This document shows, one piece after another, positions 47,151 through 56,295 of a DNA stretch of 64,000 bases. How positions within the stretch are numbered: position 1 is the stretch's first letter; the number at the start of each line of letters is the position of its first letter. The translations under genes and the position numbers were made by a program. The stretch is from Deltaproteobacteria bacterium (lineage in GTDB: Bacteria > Desulfobacterota > Syntrophia > Syntrophales > Smithellaceae): contig JAPLJP010000089.1 of the NCBI GenBank assembly GCA_026388535.1, forward strand, positions 3,865 to 67,864, read 5' to 3'. Below the pieces are notes generated by a model that saw nothing but the letters and a program-made list of their open reading frames with translations, did not search any database and was not told the origin of the DNA.

Positions 47151-48028
47151 TGTTGGTGGCTACCCCTATAGGCCATTTTGAAACCTGATACCGATAATCA
47201 ACAAGTGAAGATAATAAACGCCAAGGTAGAATTTCGATAATCTGGTTCTTCTTCTTCAAGCCTAAGTTCTTCAGGACTCCATATTTGATTATACCAACAA
47301 GTCTACCAAGAGGGACTCCTTGTCTTGCTTCAAACCCCGATTTCTGCAATGCGTAAATCATCGTTTCCGGTTCAAAGAAACTGATATGAACCGCTGTACA
47401 AGCCGTATATGACCATGCAAGCAAGCGTTCCCGCCACGGTTTTGCGTTGCCCGTTGTAAAGAAGAAGATCCCGCCCGGCTTCAATAACGATCTTATCAAT
47501 CTCAACGTAGCCAAAGGGTCTACGCTATGCTCTATGACTTCTATTGCACTTACAAAATCAAACTTGCCTTCTTCAGTTTTCAACTCATCTGATGATAATA
47601 TTGGAATTCCCCTTAAGTGGCCAGCTTGTAATCCCCATCCCTCTTCAAATCCAACAATATCAATTCCTTGTTTCTTTGCAAAAGCGACGAGCCCCCCCGT
47701 CCCGCATCCAAAATCAAGCCAACGCCCCCCCATTCGGCAAAAGGTCATTAAAAATTACGCAGAAGCTCTGCCATGCGTAGTTTCGTATTGTCAGATCAGG
47801 GTAATCCAGTTCATACATATAATCAATCATAGGGTCTGCACCAAGCCCCTTATAATAATCCTCTGAGTAAAGCACCTCGTAATCTGTTCTTGGATTTCCA
47901 ATGAAAGAAAAGTGACATGAGTTACAGTGGAAATAGCTGTATTCACGAGCATCAAATCGGCCGGACTTCTTGCAGATTAATACAGCTTCATGTGAGCAAA
48001 TTGGACAGCAGTTAACCTCGGCATTCAT
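47143..48028 (-). pseudogene. Zn-ribbon class I SAM-dependent methyltransferase, frameshifted in a poly-G tract
   Basis: The N-terminal ORF (to 47714) has CPICSHEAV...HCNSCHF and stops right after a G7 run. The C-terminal ORF (47143..47748) starts within that run and continues RWLDFGCGTGGLV (SAM motif I). Removing one G fuses the two ORFs. Confidence 0.75.
47692..47731 (-). repeat. Two G7 homopolymer tracts on the coding strand, 26 nt apart
   Basis: C7 runs on the plus strand at 47692-47698 and 47725-47731. I saw no other G or C runs longer than 6 in the window. Confidence 0.9.
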
Positions 48029-48984
48029 TTCCTTGACTCCATAACCCATCCGTTATTTTTCAAAAACTTCACCGTTTTCACAACACCATCACGGATAGAA
48101 TGTTTAGGCACCCAACCCAATGAGCGAATTTTTTTTGTATCGAGAAAGATGAATGGGCTATCGCCAATCCAACCTCTCTCTCCGCCCGCATATTCAAGTT
48201 TCGGATTGACACCAAGTTCTTCGCTAATCCATTTGACGGAATCGTTAACCTCGGAATAACCGTCAACTCCCAGGTTTAAAACATTGATCTTGTCAGTGGC
48301 CTTCTCTATTGCGATCTGCATCGCATCAATGCAATCCTGAATGTAAAGATAGGACTTTCGCTGTTTGCCGTTGCCCAGCACTTTCAATTGTGTTGAGTCA
48401 GATTTCAATTGTTTGTAAAAATCAAATACATGACCGTGCGTATAACGTTCACCGAGAATGGAGACAAAACGGAAAATCCACGACTGAAAATCAAACCCTT
48501 CGCAATAAGCCTGTATAAGTCCCTCACAGGCAAGCTTTGTTGCACCGTATAATGATGTTTGAATCGGGGAAGGCGCATCTTCCGGTGTAGGGAAAATATC
48601 CGGCTCACCGTATATGGAACCAGTGGAAGAAAAAGCAATTTTTTTAATATCGTTTGCCCTCATGGCTTCCAATACATTAAACGTTGCGATAGTGTTTTGC
48701 TCCAGATCTTTTTGCGGATGTTCAGTACCGAAACGGACATCCGCATTGGCGGCGAGATGAAATACAAATTCACCACCGGAAAAAAAGTGTTTTAGAGAAT
48801 CAAAGTCGAGAAGATCACCCTCCATCAACGTAAAATAAGAATTCTTAAGCGCGCCTTCCAGAAAACGGTGGCGACCGGTCGAAAAATTATCAATACCGAT
48901 GACGTGCTGACCCTGAGAAAGCAGCTTATCCACAAGGGTGCTGCCAATGAAACCGGCACAGCCTGTGACTATATACGTTTGCAT
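48025..48984 (-). CDS. NAD-dependent epimerase/dehydratase (extended SDR)
   Basis: Contains VTGCAGFIGSTLV and YGATKLACE. Confidence 0.85.
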   Translation of the reverse strand: MQTYIVTGCAGFIGSTLVDKLLSQGQHVIGIDNFSTGRHRFLEGALKNSYFTLMEGDLLDFDSLKHFFSGGEFVFHLAANADVRFGTEHPQKDLEQNTIATFNVLEAMRANDIKKIAFSSTGSIYGEPDIFPTPEDAPSPIQTSLYGATKLACEGLIQAYCEGFDFQSWIFRFVSILGERYTHGHVFDFYKQLKSDSTQLKVLGNGKQRKSYLYIQDCIDAMQIAIEKATDKINVLNLGVDGYSEVNDSVKWISEELGVNPKLEYAGGERGWIGDSPFIFLDTKKIRSLGWVPKHSIRDGVVKTVKFLKNNGWVMESRK

Positions 48985-49454
48985 AATGCTTTAAATATAC
49001 CTCCATTCAGCAATATTGAACCAACACCATTACCAGTGCTGGCATTGAATACAAATAATTTCAAAAGTAGAAAATTAATTGGATATAAAATAAATGTCGT
49101 CATTATACGGGCAAGAAAAGAATCTATCCCGACAATATCTACTAAACAAAACATCAATACGGACGAGAGAAGCATCGAAACTGCTGAAGCTACAACGTAT
49201 AAAGCAAGCTGGGAAACCACACGTTTGCTTTTATCCTTGAAAGTAACTATCCGATTCAGAATGAAATTAGCGCTAGAACCTAAAAAAATCGAGATAATAA
49301 CGCATATCAAATAATGCAACCCAAGTTGTTTGCTCATTAAATAAAACGAACCCCAATCTAAAGCCGTTGAAATGCCTCCGACAAGGCCATATACAATAAA
49401 TTGCCTAAACCAAGATTTTTTTACAATGTCAAAAAATTGCTTGGGAATCTTCAT
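48969..49454 (-). CDS. GtrA-family membrane protein
   Basis: 161 aa with 4 TM helices. Contains FIVYGLVGGISTALDWGSFYL, and FILNRIVTF in the second half. Confidence 0.8.
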   Translation of the reverse strand: MKIPKQFFDIVKKSWFRQFIVYGLVGGISTALDWGSFYLMSKQLGLHYLICVIISIFLGSSANFILNRIVTFKDKSKRVVSQLALYVVASAVSMLLSSVLMFCLVDIVGIDSFLARIMTTFILYPINFLLLKLFVFNASTGNGVGSILLNGGIFKALCKRI

Positions 49455-50743
49455 TTGGTGTTATAATTCCTTACATTAAGTTTTTGGGCCATTAACATAG
49501 CGCGATGCACACACTCGTCAAAATTGATATACTCGAATTCAGCGAAACGACCTAAAAGATCTATCTTCTGTTCCTCAAAATATGCCCGCATGCGTTTTGT
49601 ATTATCAGAGTAATTTTTATCGTAGATTGGGTAGGCGTACTCAAACCGGCGGGTTTCGGAAGAAATGATATCGCTATGATTAAGTATCCCTAAGCTTTCC
49701 AGATCGCGAACAGTTTTTTCAATGAGCGCGGCATCAGACATGCGATCCAACTCATCACCGGGACGAACAGTAATTTCAGCGATGAGAGATGAAGAAGCTG
49801 ACTTTACCATATTAGGACTGAAAAAACCCATATAACACACCCTATGCGGTAGCACTAAAGGGTCTGGAATGTAGAAGGCACTTTTATCCATAAGCGATTC
49901 ATTATTTACAGCAATAAATACTATGCGGATGGATGTGTATCTAAGCGCCTCAACCACATTCAAAATATCATTAGGCGCATCTTGAAAACACTTAAGCGCA
50001 TCATGGATTGGAAATGAAATAACAATATGTTCAAATTCGCGCGTTCTAGACCCGTCAGACACTTGCCAACCGCCGCTTTTGCGAATTATATTCCGAACTT
50101 TAAATCCAGTTTCTAAGGGCATGGCCTTTTTAGTCATTTGTTTTATCACACTTTCAAAACCACCGCTCAGAGGATAGCGGAAAAAGAGCTGGTGGAGATA
50201 ACCTTCAGTCTGAATGCCCAATGCGGATTTAACGATATCTTCCATTGGTGGTTTCGGAATTCGTTCTACCCATTCAAGACTAATCTGGCTCGGATTCATT
50301 TTCCATATTTTATTATTGTAGGGAATGAGGTATTTTTCGGCAATCCCTTTTCCAAAAGTATGATACGCCCATTCCGCCAGATTGCTTGGCGGCGGATAAT
50401 CATTTTTTAGATATCCGATTAAGCATTCGTACCTGTCCTCCACATCTAGTGCCGCCAGATCATTTTCAAAGGGATATTTCATATACTTTCCCTTGAAAAG
50501 AATCTTGTTCTCTCTTCGGCAGTGATTGACGTTTTCTCCGAGGATTTCGGTAACTAGATTGTTAACATGCTCATACTTCGAAAAGAGAATGTGCCCGCCG
50601 ATGTCATAACCGAACCCGTCTTTCCAAAAAGTTCGGCACAATCCTCCCGGCGTCTTCTCCATCTCGAGTATTTCGCTCGGATGATTGAGAAACCTTTGCA
50701 ATGTTATACCGCTGATACCGCCGCCTAAGATGCCAATGTTCAT
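49451..50743 (-). CDS. FAD-dependent oxidoreductase, UDP-galactopyranose mutase / amine-oxidase-like
   Basis: An N-terminal dinucleotide fold (IGILGGGISG) and a C-terminal GRFAEFEYINFDECV segment resembling the UGM tail. Confidence 0.6.
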   Translation of the reverse strand: MNIGILGGGISGITLQRFLNHPSEILEMEKTPGGLCRTFWKDGFGYDIGGHILFSKYEHVNNLVTEILGENVNHCRRENKILFKGKYMKYPFENDLAALDVEDRYECLIGYLKNDYPPPSNLAEWAYHTFGKGIAEKYLIPYNNKIWKMNPSQISLEWVERIPKPPMEDIVKSALGIQTEGYLHQLFFRYPLSGGFESVIKQMTKKAMPLETGFKVRNIIRKSGGWQVSDGSRTREFEHIVISFPIHDALKCFQDAPNDILNVVEALRYTSIRIVFIAVNNESLMDKSAFYIPDPLVLPHRVCYMGFFSPNMVKSASSSLIAEITVRPGDELDRMSDAALIEKTVRDLESLGILNHSDIISSETRRFEYAYPIYDKNYSDNTKRMRAYFEEQKIDLLGRFAEFEYINFDECVHRAMLMAQKLNVRNYNTK

Positions 50744-50749
50744 AGTGAC

Positions 50750-51427
50750 CTATCCCAAAAACCGTACCCGCAATATCCTTTTCAGAGTCCACCAAGCACT
50801 TTCAAGGGGACGCATGGTAGTAGTTCCAATCCGTATACTGTATGTGATAAAATGAAACCTAACCTTAGAACCGTTCCTCAACGGTCGAAGCAGAAGTTCC
50901 ACCGGTAACGCTGGCCCCTGTGCTTGCACTTTAAGACTGTCGATCATGGTTTTGCGGTAGGCGCGCATTCCGCTATGCAGATCAGTGATCCATTTCCCGA
51001 AAAGAATACTTGCCAGGAGAGCAAAGCCTGCATTGGCTAGATAGTTGAGCCAAGGCATCGCTCGTGGCTTGTTTTTGAGGCGTGAGCCATCCACCAGATC
51101 CCAACCCTCAACCAGTACCATGTTCGTCATTATGGAAATCTGGTCGGCAGGATAGGTATCGTCGCAGTCAAGTGTAACCACGACATCGCCCGAAGCCGAC
51201 CGCAATGCGGCCTCCATTGCGGGACCATAACCCTTAGGAGGAAACTGCCTTATGACTCTTGCGCCAAGAGCTGATGCTATTTCAGGGGTTCGATCTTTAC
51301 TTGAATCTACCACAAGAATCTCCGCATCGGGTGCGAAATGGCGAATGTCACCAATTACCTTCCCCACAGCTTTTTCTTCATTCATAGTGATCATTGCAAC
51401 AGTGATAGCTGTCTTTTTCATGTTCAT
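50750..51427 (-). CDS. Family 2 glycosyltransferase (dolichyl/polyprenyl-phosphate sugar synthase-like)
   Basis: Contains ITVAMITMNEEKAV, VVDSSKDRT and TLDCDDTYP (DxD). Confidence 0.8.
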   Translation of the reverse strand: MNMKKTAITVAMITMNEEKAVGKVIGDIRHFAPDAEILVVDSSKDRTPEIASALGARVIRQFPPKGYGPAMEAALRSASGDVVVTLDCDDTYPADQISIMTNMVLVEGWDLVDGSRLKNKPRAMPWLNYLANAGFALLASILFGKWITDLHSGMRAYRKTMIDSLKVQAQGPALPVELLLRPLRNGSKVRFHFITYSIRIGTTTMRPLESAWWTLKRILRVRFLG

Positions 51428-51429
51428 CC

Positions 51430-52185
51430 CTATAACTGCTTAATTTTTTCCGCCACCAATATGATTCTGAAGGCGAACATCCCCTTCCAGAAAGAGGCAA
51501 ACAGGTTCTCAAAGGGATAGAAATATCGCATGTAAAACTGAAAAGGCTTTGATTCGATTATTGACCTAGCACTGGTCGTTTTGCTTCCAATAATCGATTT
51601 GATCACGGGCAGAAAGGCCCGGACTATATAGGGAGTACTATCCACTTTCACAATTTTGCAACCGGTCTTTTCAATTAGAAGCCTTGCCGTTTTGAAGGTA
51701 AAAAAACGGATATGTGTACGGTCCATAACACCAGTGTCCTCGTACTCTACTCGGCCCAGCAACCATTTGAATCGGTTTGTCCATACGACAGCATTCGGCA
51801 CCGAAATCAAAACCCTTCCACCAACAGGTATGTAATTAAGATATTTTGTTAAAACTTTTAAGGGATCGTAAAGATGTTCAAGTACATCAGAGAATACCAA
51901 CGTCGAAAAAAAATCCTTTTCCAGAACACTCGCAAGTACACTTTCATCCATAATATCGGCGCAGATTACACGGGCTAGTCTCTTTTCTGCAATTTTGTTT
52001 GCTTCGTCGTTTCTCTCAATTCCCCAAACTTCCCACCCCAACGACTGAATTGCTTCGCCCAGTTGTCCTCTGCCGCATCCGACATCCAAAACCTTCCCTT
52101 GGGGTTGAAAACTTTTAAATTGGCGCAGAATCCCTTCGTTAACCTCCTCCAGATACGGATATTCCGAGCGTCCCAAATCAAACAT
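51430..52185 (-). CDS. Class I SAM-dependent methyltransferase
   Basis: Start set at ATG 52185, after AGAGGAAAGG. Contains VLDVGCGRGQLG and VFSDVLEHL. Confidence 0.8.
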   Translation of the reverse strand: MFDLGRSEYPYLEEVNEGILRQFKSFQPQGKVLDVGCGRGQLGEAIQSLGWEVWGIERNDEANKIAEKRLARVICADIMDESVLASVLEKDFFSTLVFSDVLEHLYDPLKVLTKYLNYIPVGGRVLISVPNAVVWTNRFKWLLGRVEYEDTGVMDRTHIRFFTFKTARLLIEKTGCKIVKVDSTPYIVRAFLPVIKSIIGSKTTSARSIIESKPFQFYMRYFYPFENLFASFWKGMFAFRIILVAEKIKQL

Positions 52186-52308
52186 CAGAACAACCTTTCC
52201 TCTTCTCAAGTGTTTTTCCGTTTATGGTTTTGAGCTCCTTCATTTTTGTTTTCATTAATTATATCATCCTCAATACCAGTCACCATCATTATGTATATAG
52301 GCGGCGGA

Positions 52309-53340
52309 TTAACCCACGACATGTTTAATCTCTTCTTTCATCGCGCACATGGCATGATACACAGCAGCCGAGGAATCTCGCTGACATGTCCAGCCAAGGG
52401 CTTTGATTTTTTTGCAATCGAAACGTACCGAGGGCACATCGCCCTTCCAGCCGCGGTCGCCTCCGGTAAATTCATAGTGAACACTGTCTGATTGCAGGCC
52501 ACATACTTTCACGGCCATATCGGCTATCTGCTTGACTGTAATGTAGTCATCCGTTGCGACGTTGAACACATCGTAACGCGCAGTGCACAGTTCATTCGCC
52601 AGGAAAACTGCATGGAGTATATCGTCAACATGAATGTAGCTCTTGGTTTGTGATCCATCACCCAGGATGTGCAGGCGTGTGGGGTCTTGATTTAGCCTTC
52701 GAACAAAATCGTAGCCGACTCCGTGCGTCTGGCGCGGGCCCACTACATTGGCGAAACGAAATACCCGCGCGGTAATATCAAACATGTGACAGTAGGCACA
52801 AATAAGCGATTCGCAGGCAAGTTTGCTTGCCGCATAGGTAGAGATCGGCAAGCACGGGCCATGGTCCTCCGGAAATGCCACGGATGGATTCTCCCCATAC
52901 ACGCCACTGCCGGACGTATAGAGGATGCGGCGGACACCATTCACGCGCATGGCTTCGATTACGTTTTGCAAGAGGTAAGTGCCCTCCCAAAAATCGATAT
53001 CTGGTTGCGTGACTGCTTTCGCTATATCGGGGTTTGCTGCCAGATGAATCACGGTATCAGCGCCAGCCATAGACGCAGTAAGCAACGGCAGATCCTTGAT
53101 ATCCGCTTCGATAATGCGCCATCGTTTGTCTTTAGCTATATGACTTAAGTGCTCACGCGTACCGGACGAAAAATTGTCATAAACCACCATGCTTGCAATA
53201 TCACGCCGGGCCAGCAAGCGCTCCACCAAATGACTGCCAATGAAGCCCGCGCCACCGCTGATAAAAACATTCTTCAAAATTTCTCTCCTCAAATGTGATG
53301 AATGTAAATTTATAACATTTGATGAATTAGTTGTCCACAA
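52309..53340 (-). CDS. NAD-dependent epimerase/dehydratase (extended SDR)
   Basis: Contains ISGGAGFIGSHLV and YAASKLACE. The start codon is uncertain; the ORF track uses a TTG. Confidence 0.8.
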   Translation of the reverse strand: MWTTNSSNVINLHSSHLRREILKNVFISGGAGFIGSHLVERLLARRDIASMVVYDNFSSGTREHLSHIAKDKRWRIIEADIKDLPLLTASMAGADTVIHLAANPDIAKAVTQPDIDFWEGTYLLQNVIEAMRVNGVRRILYTSGSGVYGENPSVAFPEDHGPCLPISTYAASKLACESLICAYCHMFDITARVFRFANVVGPRQTHGVGYDFVRRLNQDPTRLHILGDGSQTKSYIHVDDILHAVFLANELCTARYDVFNVATDDYITVKQIADMAVKVCGLQSDSVHYEFTGGDRGWKGDVPSVRFDCKKIKALGWTCQRDSSAAVYHAMCAMKEEIKHVVG

Positions 53341-53431
53341 GAAACCTTGATGGCAACCTCATTAATATAAGTTTTAAACACGTAAATTTTTATAGAATAT
53401 GAATGAGTAGATCGATATGAAATATCTCTCA

Positions 53432-55366
53432 TCAATCTGTTACTTTTACCAAACGTAAATTTCGAAACATCACCAACAATACTCGCACATCACCATTGGG
53501 CAGATTTATGAAAACTGTCGGTGTATCGTGTGGCAGCAGCCTGACCACATTTTTTCCCGCTTGTATCGGCACAGTAAAGGCAAATGCCTCCTGTGCCCCA
53601 TTAATTGTGAGTTCCTGCACATAACTTCCGGATGAAATGCGTATTCGCCGCTGATTGCTTTCCGGTAAACTTGGGCCGGGATAGGCTCCCGCTGTGAATT
53701 GCGCCATGCCGGCTTTTATGGAAAAGAGTTCTATTTCCGTCTCACCATTTCCCAGCCAAAAAAATTGTACATTCGAAGGGTCACGCTCAAGTCCATTTTG
53801 ATTATAAATAGTGTCTATGCGCAGTTTTGCCGAAGGGACATCCGGTGGTATTTTGGGGGCGGGGTAAAAGTGATTGGTCAACTCGCTAATATTAATAGAA
53901 AATATATGCTCAAGATTTTGATATAATTGTGGGTTCCCGATCTTAAGGTTATCGTAATACCCTGTCATGCTGATGGAAATTGAAATCAAAATCGAAATCA
54001 AGGTGGGGACATAAAAACTCCATCTGCTTATGGTCGGCCCTGGACTCTGGGAATTGAAAATCAAGGGCCGAGCCGCTAGAAATAGTGCAATCGTTGCCAG
54101 TAGAAGTAATGGGGAGAAGTCAACGATGAACCGTATTGTGGTTCCCGGCATTTTTGACGCCAAAAAAAGTGTTGCCAAGCTAGCTGCAATCATGAACAGG
54201 GAAATAAGCAGGAAGGTCGATGAAGTTTTCCATATTGAGCGCAAACAAAACAAGGGAGCGGATAAGAGCCAATAAACGGGCAAGCTCAATAGTCCGATAG
54301 TCTTTTCATAGTTGTATTTAAAGACAGACGGGATATCGAACGGCGCCACAGGGGCGGCTATGTGAAAGAAAGGAAACCTCAGATCGAAGGGAATTGGCTG
54401 CAGTATGTTATGGTATAAGCCTAACGGAATGTAAATCCATGCCGTTAAGGCATCCCTATGCGGGTGTATACCTGATAATTGATACGAGAAACCAAACTCG
54501 AAAATCGATCCAAACCTGGCGTAGTTGTACCAGCACAGAGCCATGCCAATCACCACGATGGGGGTAATTAGAAAGCCAACATTTTTAATTACCGTCTTCG
54601 CCTTTTCATGCAAGAGGTGGTAGCGGATGACGATGAAGGCTATTATCATCAACCCGCATGCGAAAAGTTGATTGGGCCGCGAAACGATGCATAAACCAAG
54701 CAGGATGCCCGCAAGAACGATTTGAGCCCAAAGGTCTCTCCTTTGCGATGACATGGCGCCGATAAGAAAATACGTTCCGGCCATCATGAACGCGTATGCA
54801 GCAGCGATGCAGAGTTCGTAAACGGACGTCCGACGCAATAAAAACGGCACCATGTTTACCGTCGCCAAAACAAGCGCCGATGTCAACAACACCGGTAATG
54901 AAGCCGGCACCTTTCCAATCCGCAGGATTTTTAAAAGCGTTAAGTAACTGAAAACAAAACCGGCAAAACAAAAAAGAACCGTGAGTAATGCTTCCGAAAC
55001 GAAATACCCGGTCATCGCCTTGAAAGGCGCTATGAACAGCAACGCAACTACGGGGGTGAAATAGAAAAAATACTTTCCTTTGTACAATGACGCGTCATGC
55101 AGTCTGTACCTTGCATTGGCCACCGGATCATATGGATCATCCAGTGCCAGTAGTTCCGGACGTGGTTCTATCAGCAAACTTAACTGCCCGTGAAGAAATG
55201 CATCGGCCAATAAATCATGATAACCCTGACCATCATAAAAACCACGATAACTTTGGGGGGTTTCGGAAAGGTTGAAATGAAATGGGACCCAATTGGAAGA
55301 CGCGGTCCAGAGATAGAAGATCAAGACGACCCCGAAAAGCAATGCAAAGATCAAATTGCGTTTCAT
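53432..55366 (-). CDS. Large polytopic membrane protein with a C-terminal extracytoplasmic domain (putative GT-C glycosyltransferase)
   Basis: 644 aa. A first loop rich in acidic and aromatic residues (DDPYDPV...HDASLYKGKYFFYF) is followed by about 12 TM helices and a ~150-aa soluble tail. Confidence 0.5.
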   Translation of the reverse strand: MKRNLIFALLFGVVLIFYLWTASSNWVPFHFNLSETPQSYRGFYDGQGYHDLLADAFLHGQLSLLIEPRPELLALDDPYDPVANARYRLHDASLYKGKYFFYFTPVVALLFIAPFKAMTGYFVSEALLTVLFCFAGFVFSYLTLLKILRIGKVPASLPVLLTSALVLATVNMVPFLLRRTSVYELCIAAAYAFMMAGTYFLIGAMSSQRRDLWAQIVLAGILLGLCIVSRPNQLFACGLMIIAFIVIRYHLLHEKAKTVIKNVGFLITPIVVIGMALCWYNYARFGSIFEFGFSYQLSGIHPHRDALTAWIYIPLGLYHNILQPIPFDLRFPFFHIAAPVAPFDIPSVFKYNYEKTIGLLSLPVYWLLSAPLFCLRSIWKTSSTFLLISLFMIAASLATLFLASKMPGTTIRFIVDFSPLLLLATIALFLAARPLIFNSQSPGPTISRWSFYVPTLISILISISISMTGYYDNLKIGNPQLYQNLEHIFSINISELTNHFYPAPKIPPDVPSAKLRIDTIYNQNGLERDPSNVQFFWLGNGETEIELFSIKAGMAQFTAGAYPGPSLPESNQRRIRISSGSYVQELTINGAQEAFAFTVPIQAGKNVVRLLPHDTPTVFINLPNGDVRVLLVMFRNLRLVKVTD

Positions 55367-56295
55367 GTTGGAGAACCTTCCATACTGAGATTGGAATGTA
55401 TGTGTACAATATCAGGAACTCTCGCAACTGCAGTGCAACGAATCCCGAAAGGAAATGCAAACTTGCCGGCCAGCGCCTTTTCAAGCGAAAAAAACCATTC
55501 TAAAATTATGCTTTTCGAGGTTGTATTGATCTCTTCACGCACCATTTTTTCAATCTTGAAAGATTTTTCGCCGCTCTGCCCGAAACGCAAACGATTCAAT
55601 TTCTTCACAATGAAGAACGGCAGGTATGCAACAAAACCAAGTGAATTCACTTCTTGAAGTTCAAGTCCTGTCGCACTAATTTTTGTCAGTAATTCTTTTT
55701 TGCGGTAACGCCGGAAATGTCGCAGATGGGCATCAAAGTAGTCGTACAAATGGGGCCCTTGAGGCACTTCCAGAACAAGAATGCCGCCGGTTTTCAACAA
55801 TCTTGCCATCTTCTCCAGAGCCTTTTTATCGTCTTCGATGTGTTCAAGAACATTCAAGGCAACTACGGCATCGAATTGTCGCTCCTTCAGCGGACACTGC
55901 AGTAAATCCATTTGCACGAGCGGCACCCCAGGCAATGATTCACCCAGGCGCTCCAAGGGCTTTACTACAATGTCAGCGCCAACGAGCTCGGCATGAGGAA
56001 ATGCCCTTCTAAGGTCGTGAAGCAAAAATCCCGATGAACATCCGATTTCAAGCAAAGAACCGTCAAAAGGAAAACCGTAGCGTCGTAGCGCTTCAACGGC
56101 CGTGTTTCTGGAGGCAATGTCTATCGGGTGCAAACCGTCTCCGGCCTCTACCTCATGTAGTTCAGTCAATTCATCGTCCCATCCGATAGAATTTGTGGAA
56201 TATACCAGAACACGGGCTGTTCGCTTATCCATGCGGAACATCCCGCCATCCCAAACAGGTATTTCACCGGAAGGCAAGACGGGAAATTCAATCAT
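55363..56295 (-). CDS. Class I SAM-dependent methyltransferase
   Basis: Start set at MIEFPV (56295). Contains LLEIGCSSGFLL and VALNVLEHIEDD. Confidence 0.75.
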   Translation of the reverse strand: MIEFPVLPSGEIPVWDGGMFRMDKRTARVLVYSTNSIGWDDELTELHEVEAGDGLHPIDIASRNTAVEALRRYGFPFDGSLLEIGCSSGFLLHDLRRAFPHAELVGADIVVKPLERLGESLPGVPLVQMDLLQCPLKERQFDAVVALNVLEHIEDDKKALEKMARLLKTGGILVLEVPQGPHLYDYFDAHLRHFRRYRKKELLTKISATGLELQEVNSLGFVAYLPFFIVKKLNRLRFGQSGEKSFKIEKMVREEINTTSKSIILEWFFSLEKALAGKFAFPFGIRCTAVARVPDIVHIHSNLSMEGSPT

